In this document: piece by piece, positions 1-12,057 of the stretch | How positions within the stretch are numbered: position 1 is the first letter of the stretch | How the letters are laid out: each line of letters begins with the position of its first letter | Source: Octopus bimaculoides | Lineage: Eukaryota | Direction of reading: 5' to 3' | NCBI RefSeq assembly: GCF_001194135.2 | Contig: NC_069003.1 | Span: 22,942,035-23,006,034 of the forward strand | Length of the DNA stretch: 64,000 nucleotides | Translations under genes and position numbers: made by a program | Notes under the pieces: model-generated | Told to the model about the DNA's origin: nothing | The model's database searches: none | What the model saw: the letters and a program-made list of their open reading frames with translations, nothing else

Positions 1-24
1 GAAAAATTCAAGGCAGTGCCTCAG

Positions 25-280
25 CAATTTGATATGAAGTTATAAATTTACATGTATTATATTAAAAATGTCTACATTAGGATAGGATATGTATATATAC
101 TATATTAGAGAGAGGAAGAAAAAAAAAAAACGTATAATACAAAAGTTAAGTTAACTTTTGTATTGTACGTTTTTTTTCTCTCTCTTCTTCCTCTCTCTGA
201 TATAGTATATATACATATCCTGTCCTAATGTACACGTTTTTAATATAATACATGTAAATTTATAACTTCATATCAAATTG
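25..280. repeat. Near-perfect 256-bp palindrome (fold-back)
   Basis: Arm CAATTTGATATGAAGTTATAAATTTACATG... (25-149) is the reverse complement of 151-280, centred on G150 (CAAAAGTTAA-G-TTAACTTTTG), with few mismatches. Confidence 0.9.
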
Positions 281-625
281 TATCATATCGTATATATTCA
301 CCCATTATATGTGAAATCATAATGTATGTTTATATATCGTAATGTTTTAACTTAAATAGTCATATTTTTATACAACTTGGAAATTATGCATGTTTATAAA
401 TATTTTTAAATAAATATTTTGAACATTCATGATATTTCTAAAGTTTATATCGTTGTATTTGCCTGTTTTTTTTTTTACCGTACCTTTTACACACTATAGA
501 GATTGATAACTATATATTTATTGATTCTTGAAGGAATTGAACACACACACACACACATATATTAACTCTTGCGTTTGATATATGGTATTGTTCCTGTGGT
601 TTTCCACCCTTATGTATCTATTTTT

Positions 626-662
<37 letters not shown>

Positions 663-2212
663 ACATATAAACAACATACACATACGCACAGACACACGTA
701 CATACATATTCTTTTACTTTGTGCTAATGTACACACATCTGTATATATATACATATATCTATCTAAACATATCCTCATTGTTTTGCTCTCATGTAAGCGC
801 ATTTCTACATGCAACTCCACCAATCGCTTTCCAATTACGATCTTGTGTAATTGGTTTCTAGCGATATGTATTCATTCAGAATTTAGAGTATACACTCAAC
901 AAAAGAAAAACAAAGCTACAGTATAACCTTATTGGGGTTAGTTCGTTTAGAATAATTTCTACATATCGTGATATATTCGTTTACGTGTAATAATGCTACT
1001 ATGGAGATACGTGTGTTGAACAGGTCTATGAAATATGGGAGAAATTGTTGTATACAGGGCCTAGGTGCACTACAACTAAGGAAAAACCGAAGCCATCAGC
1101 CAAACAAACAGATAGATGGAGAATGTAGTAATATCTGTCTATCTCTCTAACTACCTGTCTCTATATATTTGTACATATCTAACCCGAATCCTTAACCCCA
1201 ACCCTTGTGACTCTTTGGGCGGTAATGACAGGGAAGAATACAAAACATTTTATAGTAAGTAGTAGCACGTCAGGAGAAGTAATTATATTAAGCACACAAA
1301 ACAGCAGGAAATATATAATAAATACGAAGTGTAATAAGTTGCAAAGAAAGGATACTCGTTAGAGTTAAGCTATCGTTCGTCGCCAGGGGGCGTAATAGTG
1401 GAGGCTTTTCTCCATTGATGTAAACGCATCATCTTCTCTGTTGCGATTGATGTTATCGCATCGTCAGCGCAGAAAAATATGCGTGAGAGAAACAGTATTG
1501 AGAGGCAGCGGAGCTGAGCATCAGTGACGTGGGAAAACTGAGAATTCTCGCAATCACTAGAAAGATATTACCTACCCTGATTACATTTTTTCGGTACAGA
1601 AAGATGTTACGAGAAACTGCAGTTTTGACTCTTCGACTGCAGAGGAAATAAATTACTTAGCGGTAAGGAAAGAAAATGTGTTGGTGAATACAAGTGATAA
1701 TACTATACGTAAAAGTGAACAAGTGTCTATGTACACATACACACAGACACACACTAGGTCGGAGTTGTTCCCCTTCAATACCAAAGAAGAACGATAATAA
1801 TTGTTTTTCCCTTCATGACTGGACCAAAACAACTTCTTTGCCTCGACGGTTGTCGATACGACGCCGATATAATCGTGTCTGCGAGACGAGGTGTGGGCGT
1901 AAGGTAGAGAAAACTATACGTACAATTAGCATGAACTATGGAAAGGGAGTTCTTAGTGTCTTGTGGATGACCGCGAATATGAAAGACAAAATAATGAAAT
2001 TTGTCACTCTCTATTTTTCCAGAACGGATAGACAGCAATGTAAATATAACTATATATATAAAAAGCTACATATTTTTCCAATGCGATAACGTATTGTTAT
2101 TCCCCTTCTGAGATAAACAAATAAAAAAAGTTTAATTACAAGAGAAAATCATATTCACACGTGTATGGAGCGAGAGAGAGAGGGGTTCAGAGAACATCTC
2201 TTTCTCTTTTTT

Positions 2213-2389
2213 CTCTTTTACTTGTTTCAGTCATTTGACTGCGGCCATGCTGGGGCACCGCCTTTAGTCGAGCAATTCGACCCCAGGACTTATTCTTTGT
2301 AAGCCTAGTACTTATTCTATCGGTCTCTTTTGCCGCACCGCTAAGTTACGTGGACGTTAGCACACCAGCATCGGTTGTCAAGCGATGTT

Positions 2390-2449
<60 letters not shown>

Positions 2450-2608
2450 GCGACGGGCTTCTTTTCAGTTTCCGTCTACCAAATCCACTTACAAGGCTTT
2501 GGTCGGCCCGAGGCTATAGTAGAAGACACTTGCCCAAGGTGCCACGCAGTGGGACTGATCCCGGAGTCATGTGGTTGGTAAGCAATCTACTTACCACATA
2601 GCCGCTCC
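2213..2608 (-). mobile_element. tRNA-derived SINE family A (CORE-like middle, internal CA/TA microsatellite), full length
   Basis: Minus strand reads GGAGCGGCTATGTGGTAAGTAG...GGATCAGTCCCACTGCGTGGCACCTTGGGCAAGTGTCTTC...CAGCATGGCCGCAGTCAAATGACTGAAACAAG, the same as the copies at 20705, 30985, 49049 and 59706. Confidence 0.9.
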
Positions 2609-3199
2609 GACGCCTCTGAGGAGGAAATATACTTATTCAGGTGTAAAGTGTAACTAAAAACCTCGCAGACTCATCAGCGTCTGCAAACATGAAAGAAATG
2701 GGAATGTTGCTTTCCTTGATTGAATTGTCCCTATTAGAATGGCAATTAAAGCAGGCTGGAGTTACTTTCCCTTGCTGAGAGGGAAAAGAAATCGTTGACG
2801 GAAAGATACAGGAGTCTTTCCCCTTCCATTACGAAGGCAAATAATAAATGCTACGAGTTGTTTCTCTTTATGTGGGCAAACTTGAATTTTTGAGAGCGAA
2901 GATGAGAACGAACAAGTATCAGAAGTATTGTCTCTCTGCACGACCAGGGAAATTAATATGTAACAGTTGTTCTCTTCATCAAGTAACCCTTCCTTCCCCA
3001 ACATTTTACATTGTATGTAACGAGAAGTCCCGTGGATGACGGTAAACACCGAAAGGATGAATCGAATGTTGTCCTTTCTCGAGACATTTCCCCTATCAGA
3101 GTGACTGTTAATGTAATATCGAGTTCCAATTTCTCACCGTCGTCGTCCTATGACAGACACTACAGTTGGTTGATGACACTACACCGAAAGTCTTCCTGA

Positions 3200-3400
3200 T
3201 TAAGCGTAAGTTATCCCATCGGATGAACCCAGAGCGTTACTTGGTTTGGACTTTCACATAATGTTTTCGCGGCAGAGGCATTGGGGGTGGTTTGCCATTG
3301 ACTTCCCCGACTGGATGGCCGTTGGTCTACAAGGAACTCATCCGCATTTCGACAGATCTTGTTTTTAATCCGGCTGAGTGTCCAGACACCCTCCTCACAA
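3200..3400 (+). mobile_element. RTE-related 3' tail fragment (possible)
   Basis: Motif GGTGGTTTGCCATTGACTTCCCC (3286-3308) resembles the conserved 3' motif of RTE/BovB LINEs and their SINEs. No ORF support. Confidence 0.35.
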
Positions 3401-3930
3401 GTGGCCAGTAAGTCACTGGCCACTTGACAATGCACAGGTAGTACTGGTTTACATGGTACCAGTAGCAGGTCTCAACAGTCTGTGACGAGTTACCTGATCT
3501 GACAGTTGATGTAATAAAATAAGATGTGTCCCCCCCCCCCTTCACGAAGGGAATAAAACTTGCTAGGGAGGACAGAGAAAGTAAGAGACGGATACAAAAA
3601 GGATAAGGTGAATGACGGGTAGCTGATAAAATAAGACGAACAAGGTAAGCCTCGGTCCAAAATAACCATGTATACGAGAAACGGAACGAAAATGAGAGAT
3701 AGAAAGAACTACACATAAAATAGGAATAAAAGAGAGAGATATGAAAAGAGTAGATCTGTAAGGAGAGTTGTCCTCGCACGTCTCTGCTCTTTATACTTAA
3801 AATCTTGGTACTGATTTTATATTTCAACGAATATTCTTTAACACACATGGCGTATTTTATAGATATGCCTGCTCAAGTATCATAATAGCATGAAACTATT
3901 AGTAGCTCTTTCGGTTGTATATTTAATTTG

Positions 3931-3980
<50 letters not shown>

Positions 3981-4178
3981 GGCGGGCGGGCTTCTTTCAA
4001 TTTTAGACTGCATGGTTGCAGTCTAATGACTGAAAAGATGAAAAGATAAAAGCTATTTCTTATGTACGCCCGAAAGATTAGCAAGTCCGAACAGGTATCA
4101 ATACGGAGCATAATGACACAGCCAGCCCATGGCAGCGTGGGTAAAAAGATTAATACATATTTATTGCTTGAGAAAAAT

Positions 4179-4501
4179 GGAGGCACGTGGCTTGGTGGAG
4201 AGGGTATTCGGCTCACGAACGTAAGGTCGTGATGTTCGTTCGATTCACGGCGGTGCGTTGTGTTCTTGAGCGATCCACTTTATTTCACGTTGCTCTAGTT
4301 CACTCGGTTGGCGAAAATGAATTGTATACTGTAATTCAATAGGTCAGCCTTGTCACATTCGGTGTGTCACGGTGAATCTTCCTAAGAACTATGTTAAGCG
4401 TACGCGTGTCTGTTGAGCGCTTAGCCACTTGCACGTTAATTTCCTAAGTAGGCTGTTTTGTCGATAGAATGAACTAGAACACTCGCCGACGAAGCGCCAA
4501 C
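4179..4501 (+). mobile_element. CORE-type tRNA SINE (family D) sharing its 3' half with family C
   Basis: tRNA-like head GGAGGCACGTGGCTTGGTGG, CORE-like TGTTCTTGAGCGATCCACTTTATTTCACGTTGC...AAAATGA, then GGTCAGCCTTGTCACA...AGCCACTTGCACGTTAATTTC. Confidence 0.8.
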
Positions 4502-4786
4502 TTTTGAGAACATTGAATGGTAGTCTTACCCAAGCAACAGTGACATCGAACTTATGAGACTGTTGTAGATTAGCAACAAAACCTGTTTAGATTACATTGT
4601 ATTAAGTGCTTACAGTAAGTTATTTGTGTGTATTTAAGAATGGAAATAGTGCTTCCATACTTTATCTACATCAATGCATGCGTAGAAATAAGTTTGGCAC
4701 CTGGTTATATAAGTTACTTCCTCGGTTTTAGTTGGATGCTAGTTTAATGCTTGAATTTCAATGTATAATTCAATAAATAGCTAATA

Positions 4787-6535
4787 CAGTGGTACCTTGA
4801 CTTACGAGTGTCCCAACAAACGAGTCTTTCGAGATACGAGCTGTCTCTCGGCCGAGTTTTTTTGCTTTGATTAGCGAACTAAAATTCGGGTTAGCAGCTA
4901 GCTTCACATACCCCACTGCTAGTTGACGTATCGAACGTCACAGTGAACGCCGTAACATCCGCCCAGCATGCCGTGTCTCACTCGATAGCTAGACAGACAT
5001 GCGCGTTAGCAAGTGCGAAGATCGTTAGTGGATCGTTAGCTTGACGGGTGGTAAAATGCTTACTTCGTCGTTGCTACAGAAGCATCAATTTTGTGCTCGT
5101 CATTGTGCTTGCAGTTATTAAAATTTCGCTTTTCATGGGTCCAAAGAAAGTGAGTGCGAAGGACAGTGGTGAGAAGAAGTGGATGATGTGCATTGAATCA
5201 AAGAAAGAAATTATCGAAAAAACATGATCAGGGTGTGCGTGTAGTGACATAGCGAAGCAGTACGAGCGTAGCACTTCTACGATCTGCACCATACTGAAGC
5301 AGAAGGAGTCGATAAAGGCTATAACGCCTGCCAAGGTCGTTAAAATAATTTCTAAATAGCAGGCATCTATCCATGAAAATATGGAGAAATTGCTGATGGT
5401 GTGGTTGACGGAGAAGCAGTTCGCAGGAAATACCGTGATGGAGGCTATACTCTGCAAGAAGGCACGGGCTATTTACGCTGATTTGCTGTAGCAGACCCCA
5501 GGCACTTGTACGGACGAGGCATCGAGCGAACCGTTTAAAGCTAGTCGGGGCTGGTTCGAGAATTTTAAAAAGAAGACCGGTATTCACTTCATCCCCTTAT
5601 CAGGCATAGTTAGGCAGCGAGAGAGGACATGGAGGCAGCTGAGGATTACCTCAAAACTTTTGCCGGAATTATAGCAGCCGGAGGATACATCGGCCAGCAA
5701 GTCTTCAACTGTGACGAGACAGGACTTTAGTGGAAGAAGATACCAAGGAGGACTCATATAACGGCAGAGGAGAAGAGGATGTTTGGCCACAGACCCATGA
5801 AGGATAGGCTAACCCTTGCACTGTGCGCCAATGCGAGCGGCGACTGCAAGATTAAGCCGCTGCTCGTTATCGTTCGGAAAACCCCAGAGCCTTTAAGTCA
5901 CATACGATTTTGAAAGAAAAAACTGCAGGTTATGTGGAGGACAAATCCAAGGGAGTGGGTCACCAGGAAGTTCTTTGTGGAGTGGGTGAATTTGGTCTTT
6001 GGTCCTGACGTTAAGAAATATCTCCATGAAAATAACCTGCCCCTGCAAGCCCTTCTCGTCCTGGACAATGCACCTGCTCACCCACATAACCTCGAAGGTG
6101 ACATCCTCGAAGGGTTCAAGTTTATAAAGGTTCTCTACCTTCCACCCGACACCACCCCTATCCTGCAGCTCATGGACCAGCAGGAGATTTCTAATTTCAA
6201 GAAGCTTTTCACCAAGCACCTGTTCTGCTGCTGCTTTGAGGTGAAGGAGATCACAAACCTCACCCTTCGAGAGTTCTGGAAGGACCACTACAACATCGTG
6301 CTATGCCTCAGAGTTATCGATATGGCCTGGCAGGGTGTTACAAAGAGGACCTTGACCTCTGCGTGGAAGAAGTTGCGGCCTGAGGTTGTGCCTGAAACAG
6401 ACTTTGAAAGACACAAGGAGATTGTATCCTTCGGCAAGTCCTTGGGCCTGGATGTGGATGAAGGTGACAACAATGAACTCATCGAGGAGCACTCCGAGGA
6501 ACTGACAGCAGAAGAGCTAAAGAAGCCACAGGCGC
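4787..6535 (+). mobile_element. Tigger/pogo DNA transposon, 3'-truncated
   Basis: TA (4785-4786) followed by a Tigger-type TIR CAGTGGTACCTTGACTTACGAG, then a degenerate transposase. No right TIR seen; the element is cut by a SINE at about 6537. Confidence 0.92.
5135..6535 (+). pseudogene. Tigger/TIGD1-like (CENP-B HTH + DDE_1) transposase pseudogene, DD36D
   Basis: MGPKKVSAKDSGEKK..IESKKEIIEK; VFNCDETGL*WKK; KDRLTLALCANASGDCKIKPL; LLVLDNAPAH...LPPDTTPILQLMDQQEISNFK (36 aa between 2nd and 3rd D). Has frameshifts and stops. Confidence 0.92.
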
Positions 6536-6539
6536 ATAA

Positions 6540-6760
6540 CAGACTTTCTCCACGCCACCAGTGTTATCCAAGAGAAAGGCAAAGGCTGATATAGCTGGGC
6601 ACCAGTGACGTGACAACTCATTTCTACAGCTGAGTGAACTGGAGCAACGTGAAATACAGTGACTTGCTCAAGAACACAGCATACGGCCCGGACCGAGAAT
6701 AGAACTTACTACCTCATGATTGTGAACCCGACGCTCTAACCATTAAGCCATTCGCCTTCC
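6540..6760 (-). mobile_element. CORE-type tRNA SINE
   Basis: Minus-strand head GGAAGGCGAATGGCTTAATGGTTAGAGCG and CORE-like GTGTTCTTGAGCAAGTCACTGTATTTCACGTTGCTCCAGTTCACTCAGCTG. Confidence 0.75.
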
Positions 6761-6987
6761 TAATAATATTCAAATATTAAAAATACAGTAACATTTTTTT
6801 CATTTACATCGATTGGCTATGGAGGTCCAGTGGAATAAAATAGGAATCAACGGTGTCCATGGGCAAATAATGGCTGAGAACCACTGATCTATAGAATTAT
6901 AGAAGTAAATAAAACATATCCTCACAAACAGAGTGAGTAACATGGGCAGATATAAGCAATCGAGGGGTTGAAAAACACTTTTATTAT

Positions 6988-7500
6988 CAAGACAGCGGAT
7001 TGGCAGAATCGTCAGAACGTCGGGCAAAGTACCTTGTGGTATGTCTTCCGGCTGTTTACGTTTTGGGCTCAAATCTCACTGATGTGAAATTTTCTATTCA
7101 TCTCTCCATGAATCGATAAAATAAAGTACAAAGTCAAGTACTGGGGCGATTTAATAGCCTTCTGATTATATAAAGGCCCAGCAATTTCGAGGGAGAGTTA
7201 AGTGGATTATATCGACTCCAGTGTTTAATTGGTACTTATTTTATCGACCTCGAACGGATGAACTAACTGCAAAGTCGATCTCGGTGTAATTTGAACTCAG
7301 AACATAAAGACGGATTGTTAAGCATTTTGCCTGATTTGCTGACGATTCTGCCACCCACCACCTTGTCTTCTGCCTATATTAAACAATTAAGGTTAACAGA
7401 TTGCCTGAATCGTTAGAGCACCGGAAAATGCCTTGCGGTATTTAGTTATGGCTCTTTACGACCCGAGTTCAAATTCTACCGAGATAGATAAAATAGTCTG
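6988..7500. mobile_element. Cluster of three decayed family-B SINEs (+, -, +)
   Basis: Family-B motifs GGCAGAATCGTTAG, GAGTTCAAATT and TCGATAAAATAAGTACC in both orientations. Confidence 0.75.
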
Positions 7501-7987
7501 TCAAGTATAATTAACTATACTCTTCTTACACATTTCAGACTTTGTCTCTGTTAGGATGTTAGGGTTCATTATTATCGTTGTTGGATATCTTCCTTATAGA
7601 GCATATTCATTCATACTTATAGAGCAATTTCAATTATACAGATGATTGTTTTTAGGGACTGAGATAATTGTTTGTTTCAGATGATTTAAAGCCAAATTTT
7701 AGGGACGGTTTATTTCAAAACTTAAATCTTTTCCAGAGTGTATCATTAAAAGGTTTCTAAAATGCTTTAAAATCAAATGTGATTTAAAATGATAAACCAA
7801 CTCTAGAACTGAGACGCTTCTAACACCGTAAAAGTACGAAATAATTAGGACCGCACCGTACTACAAGTCTGTACAATAATAAATAATATGTAATAAACTT
7901 CGATTTTCCATGCTTGATATTTTCTGTATGTGATGAAACTGCGTGGAAAATAACCTGATATCATGATTTAAATAAATTAAACAGGGT

Positions 7988-8266
7988 TACTGCTGAGCCG
8001 GTCAATGGAACAGCCTACTTGTGAAATTAACGTGCAAGTGGCTGAGTACTCCACAGACACGCGTAGTTCTCAGGGAGATTCAGCCTGACACAGAGTGTGA
8101 CAAGGCTGGCCCTTTGAATTACAGGAACTACTCATTTTTACCAGCTAAATAGACTGCAACAAAGTGAAATATAGTCTCTTGTTAAAAAATACAACGCGAA
8201 GCCAAAAATCGAACTCCCGACCTTATTAACACGAACTGAATACCATAACCACCAAGTCACGCGCTT
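7988..8266 (-). mobile_element. CORE-type SINE (family D), decayed
   Basis: Plus strand shows GAAATTAACGTGCAAGTGGCTGAG...GTGTGACAAGGCTGGCCC...ACTCATTTTTACCAGCT. Confidence 0.75.
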
Positions 8267-8289
8267 TCATAAATTTCGGATCAAGATGC

Positions 8290-9150
8290 TGACATCATAG
8301 AGTAGCATGGCAACAACTTTCTCAAGAACTGCGAAAATGTATGTTAACGCAAAATGCCAACTAGTATTACAACAATTTTCTTAAGAACATGAACAAATTT
8401 TAGAACAAGACGCTGAAAACATAGTTAATTGTCAAAACAGACAAAGAAGGATTTGAATTCTGCAAGACCGCATGATGTAGACTCAATGCTAGAAATAGCT
8501 GTCAATTTATCCGGTATAGGCTTAATGGATGTGAAAAATGGATGTGACGCACTAATGTCGTGGGAGAGCGCACTGGATGAACGTTGGCCTATCCTAATTT
8601 TGGTACTTGTTGTAAATCCGGTGCAATCAATATCCTAGAAGCACCAGATTTATTTAATGTACTACATAAATCGTTCATACTTGATTCACTTAATACAAAA
8701 TATTTCAGGAAGAACATTCGGAGGTTCAATAGTGTTATTGTCAAGTGTTACACGAAAGCAAACAAATGATGCTACAGTTGCTCGAAGCCTTTCCACTTAA
8801 AGAATTCATAGAGTTGTTTACAGATTTGTTTTTAGGACACCAAGAAATGCTGTTACTGATGCGCCATCCTGTCTGCAAACTTACTTCTACGATTTTCATG
8901 AGCAAATTCATTCGTCAGCATATGGCAGATAATGGAAGAGAAAACAATTGATGCTGTTATTTTCCTTACGCTTCATCCTGCTACAAATATACCATGGTTA
9001 TTGGCATTAGCAACAGGTCTGAAAAAAGAAATAATTCACATGCTGGAGAACTACCACCCAACTCCATGCTAGAGGCTGACGTATAAAACATATTCAGTCT
9101 ATCTGAATCTATTCCACCAGGGACACTGTGGTTCAGCAGTGTAGCTAGTT
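8290..9150 (+). pseudogene. Helitron RepHel N-terminal region, degenerate
   Basis: Fragments IGLMDVKNGCDALMSWES, NFGTCCKSGAINILEAPDLF..KYFRKNIRRFNS and RIHRVVYRF..PSCLQTYFYD match the Helitron pattern MxxxCxxCxAxxWxxE / CCxxG..P..L..FRxNIRxYNS / RIHGQVYHR..PKFLQIYFYD, in the correct order. Confidence 0.75.
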
Positions 9151-9164
9151 CTAAAGTTAGGGAT

Positions 9165-9553
9165 GTGTGTGTGTTGGCACTCCGTCGCTTACGACGTCGA
9201 GGGTTCCAGTTGATCCGATCAACGGAACAGCCTGCTCGTGAAATTAACGTGCAAGTGGCTGAGCACTCCACAGACACGTGTACCCTTAACGTAGTTCTCG
9301 GGGATATTCAGCGTGACACAGTGTGACAAGGCTGACCCTTTGAATTACAGGCACAACAGAAACAGGAAGTAAGAGTGAGAGAAAGTTGTGGTGGAAGAGT
9401 ACAGCAGGGTTCGCCACCACCCCCTGCCGGAGCCTCGTGGAGCTTTAGGTGTTTTCGCTCAATAAACACTCACAACGCCCGGTCTGGGAAACGAAACTGC
9501 GATCCTATGACCGCGAATCCGCTGCCCTAACCACTGGTCCATTGCGCCTCCAC
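9165..9553 (-). mobile_element. tRNA-derived SINE family C, full length with 12-bp TSD
   Basis: Head GTGGAGGCGCAATGG, tail ...GACGGAGTGCCAACAC. AAAGTTAGGGAT is duplicated at 9153-9164 and 9554-9565. Confidence 0.95.
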
Positions 9554-10159
9554 AAAGTTAGGGATAGCGAGTACATAAAAAGAAAGGCGCACAGACACAC
9601 ACCAAGCAATTTTAAATTCATTTCTCTTATATTATGCGAAATATTTCATTAATTATAATATACGTCAGTGTATTCTACATTCATTAATCTCATGTTTCAG
9701 TATTAATGTCATTATGTATGAAAGTTTCAACTACTGATATAGGTGTGACGTGAAAAAGATGAAACTCAACGGGATCGTCCAGGGTTGAGAGGTTATGACA
9801 TCAAGATTTGTTTTTGTTCTTCAGATGTCAGCGGCTACCAACTCTTCACAGAAGATTAAGCAGGCAGCTCACAAATATATTAATGACTTCTAGAAAGTTC
9901 TTCCAGTGTCATGTGATGAACAAAAATAAAAAAAAGGGAGAAAAAAAGAAATTCGACTTGAAATCTAGGAACCTGAAATAACGATTGATTCTCAGAAAAT
10001 ATAGAAAAGAAAAATAGCGATGCAAGCAAAAAATCGACATGTAGCAACTGATGTAGACACTGTGGAATTAACCATCCCAAATCATAAGGGATGGTCCAGG
10101 AAGGTCTGAAATTGTTATCACGATGCTTATTTGCATATGTAAAATGATGTGAACAAAAC

Positions 10160-10325
10160 AATACGCAATGCAACGTTTAAAAAGTATGTTGTTGAAGACA
10201 AAAAAATAGATGAACTTGCAGCGATGTAAAGTGTATACGCAGTTATTACATGAAGGAATACCGGTGGAGTATTTCGGTCAAAACATATGTGAAATATAAG
10301 CCATTACAGACAAATCCCAATGAGC
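10160..10325 (+). repeat. Unclassified dispersed repeat (second copy at 13858-14020)
   Basis: CAATACGCAAT...AATACCGGTGGA(G/A)TATTTCGGTCAAAACA...CAGACAAATCCCAATGAGC is shared by both loci. Confidence 0.8.
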
Positions 10326-11196
10326 TGGGACAGAGGAAAAAGTGTGCTTAGTAGTTGCAATTACTTCTCCAGTAGATGATAACTTGCCGCCAAGGATTAA
10401 CAATATATATGCACAAACATATATATATACATATACCCAGAAACTCGAGTCCGTACGTATCGCAGATCAAGATGGGAAGGATGACTTCCCTTTGCAAATA
10501 CAGACAGGACACAGATGTGTGTCGATAGCCAACTGGAGGAGATGTTCTCCTGGGGCTAAAAGCAACAGTAACATCCACCCTTAGGGGTCAGCCACATTTA
10601 AGTGGCAAATATACTTCAGCCATATATATATATATATAAATATATATATATACATGTGTATATATATATATATATATATATNNNNNNNNNNNNNNNNNNN
10701 NNNNNNNNNNNNNNNNNNNNNNNNNNNNNNNNNNNNNNNNNNNNNNNNNNNNNNNNNNNNNNNNNNNNNNNNNNNNNNNNNNNNNNNNNNNNNNNNNNNN
10801 NNNNNNNNNNNNNNNNNNNNNNNNNNNNNNNNNNNNNNNNNNNNNNNNNNNNNNNNNNNNNNNNNNNNNNNNNNNNNNNNNNNNNNNNNNNNNNNNNNNN
10901 NNNNNNNNNNNNNNNNNNNNNNNNNNNNNNNNNNNNNNNNNNNNNNNNNNNNNNNNNNNNNNNNNNNNNNNNNNNNNNNNNNNNNNNNNNNNNNNNNNNN
11001 NNNNNNNNNNNNNNNNNNNNNNNNNNNNNNNNNNNNNNNNNNNNNNNNNNNNNNNNNNNNNNNNNNNNNNNNNNNNNNNNNNNNNNNNNNNNNNNNNNNN
11101 NNNNNNNNNNNNNNNNNNNNNNNNNNNNNNNNNNNNNNNNNNNNNNNNNNNNNNNNNNNNNNNNNNNNNNNNNNNNNNNNNNNNNNNNNNNNNNNN

Positions 11197-11274
<78 letters not shown>

Positions 11275-11464
11275 CATATATACATGTATATATACACATA
11301 TATACATATATTTACATATATATATATACATATATTTACATATATATATATACATATATTTACATATATATATACATACATATATTTACATATATATACA
11401 TACATTTATATATACATATATAAATACATATATACATATATATACACATATATATATACATATA

Positions 11465-11742
11465 ATAATAAAGGGTAAAATCAATAATGATTTTATCAGG
11501 TAGCCAGTGCGGAAAATAAAAACCTTTTAGGTAAATTTTACGTATTATTTTCTAATTAGATACATAATTATAACAAGGGGTCAGCTTAATGCATCACCAC
11601 GCGCTGCTAAAAATAGACGTTAAAGTATTTTAAGGTAGTAAAAAAAGACTTTAACGTCTATTTTTAGCAGTGCGTGGTGATGCTTTAAGCTGACCCGTTG
11701 TTATAATTATTTATATAATTATAAAATAATTCGTATATTTAC
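11465..11742. mobile_element. Fold-back element between TA-rich microsatellites
   Basis: Inverted arms 11531-11626 and 11648-11742 with a 21-nt spacer. The left end carries AAAGGGTAAA, as do the copies at 11843 and 31666. Confidence 0.8.
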
Positions 11743-11771
11743 ATACATACATACGTTCATACATACATACA

Positions 11772-11842
<71 letters not shown>

Positions 11843-11845
<3 letters not shown>

Positions 11846-12050
11846 AATTAAAAGGGTAAAGGATTATCAATTTATTAATTAATAAATCAATTAACAATTA
11901 ATAATTTTTACCAAGCCCATCGGTATGAAAGCACCATTATTGGTGGAGAACTTATTTAAAAGCTCATATATATTTATAAATATAATTAAGGGATCAGCAA
12001 ATATTTGCTTCACCATATTTGCTGATCCCTTAATTATATATATATATATA
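11843..12050 (+). mobile_element. Fold-back family copy with collapsed palindrome
   Basis: 11843-12010 matches the reverse complement of 31750-31920. Ends in hairpin ATAATTAAGGGATCAGCAAATA-TTTGCTTCACCA-TATTTGCTGATCCCTTAATTAT and is flanked by (TA)n. Confidence 0.8.
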
Positions 12051-12057
12051 TAGATTT

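Noticed and set aside
1170-3900. Possible LTR retrotransposon or solo LTR (recurrent TTCCCCTT polypurine-like tracts)
   Set aside because: No paired LTRs, TG..CA ends, PBS or gag/pol peptides could be identified.
5932-6594. 220-aa ORF as a domesticated TIGD/CENP-B gene
   Set aside because: The upstream part of the same transposase has stops and frameshifts, and the ORF end runs into a SINE.
9480-9553. tRNA-like heads of SINE families A-D as tRNA genes
   Set aside because: Each continues into SINE body and tail, with poor cloverleaf pairing and TSDs. They are tRNA-derived promoters.
10581-11503. Long ORFs rich in YI/HT/CV/LS dipeptides, and ORFs containing X runs (also 12579-13171, 22795-23657, 24367-25103, 26698-28874, 29407-30380, 36709-37415, 61400-62143, 63644-63983)
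   Set aside because: Translations of TA/CA/CT microsatellites or read-through of N gaps; not genes.
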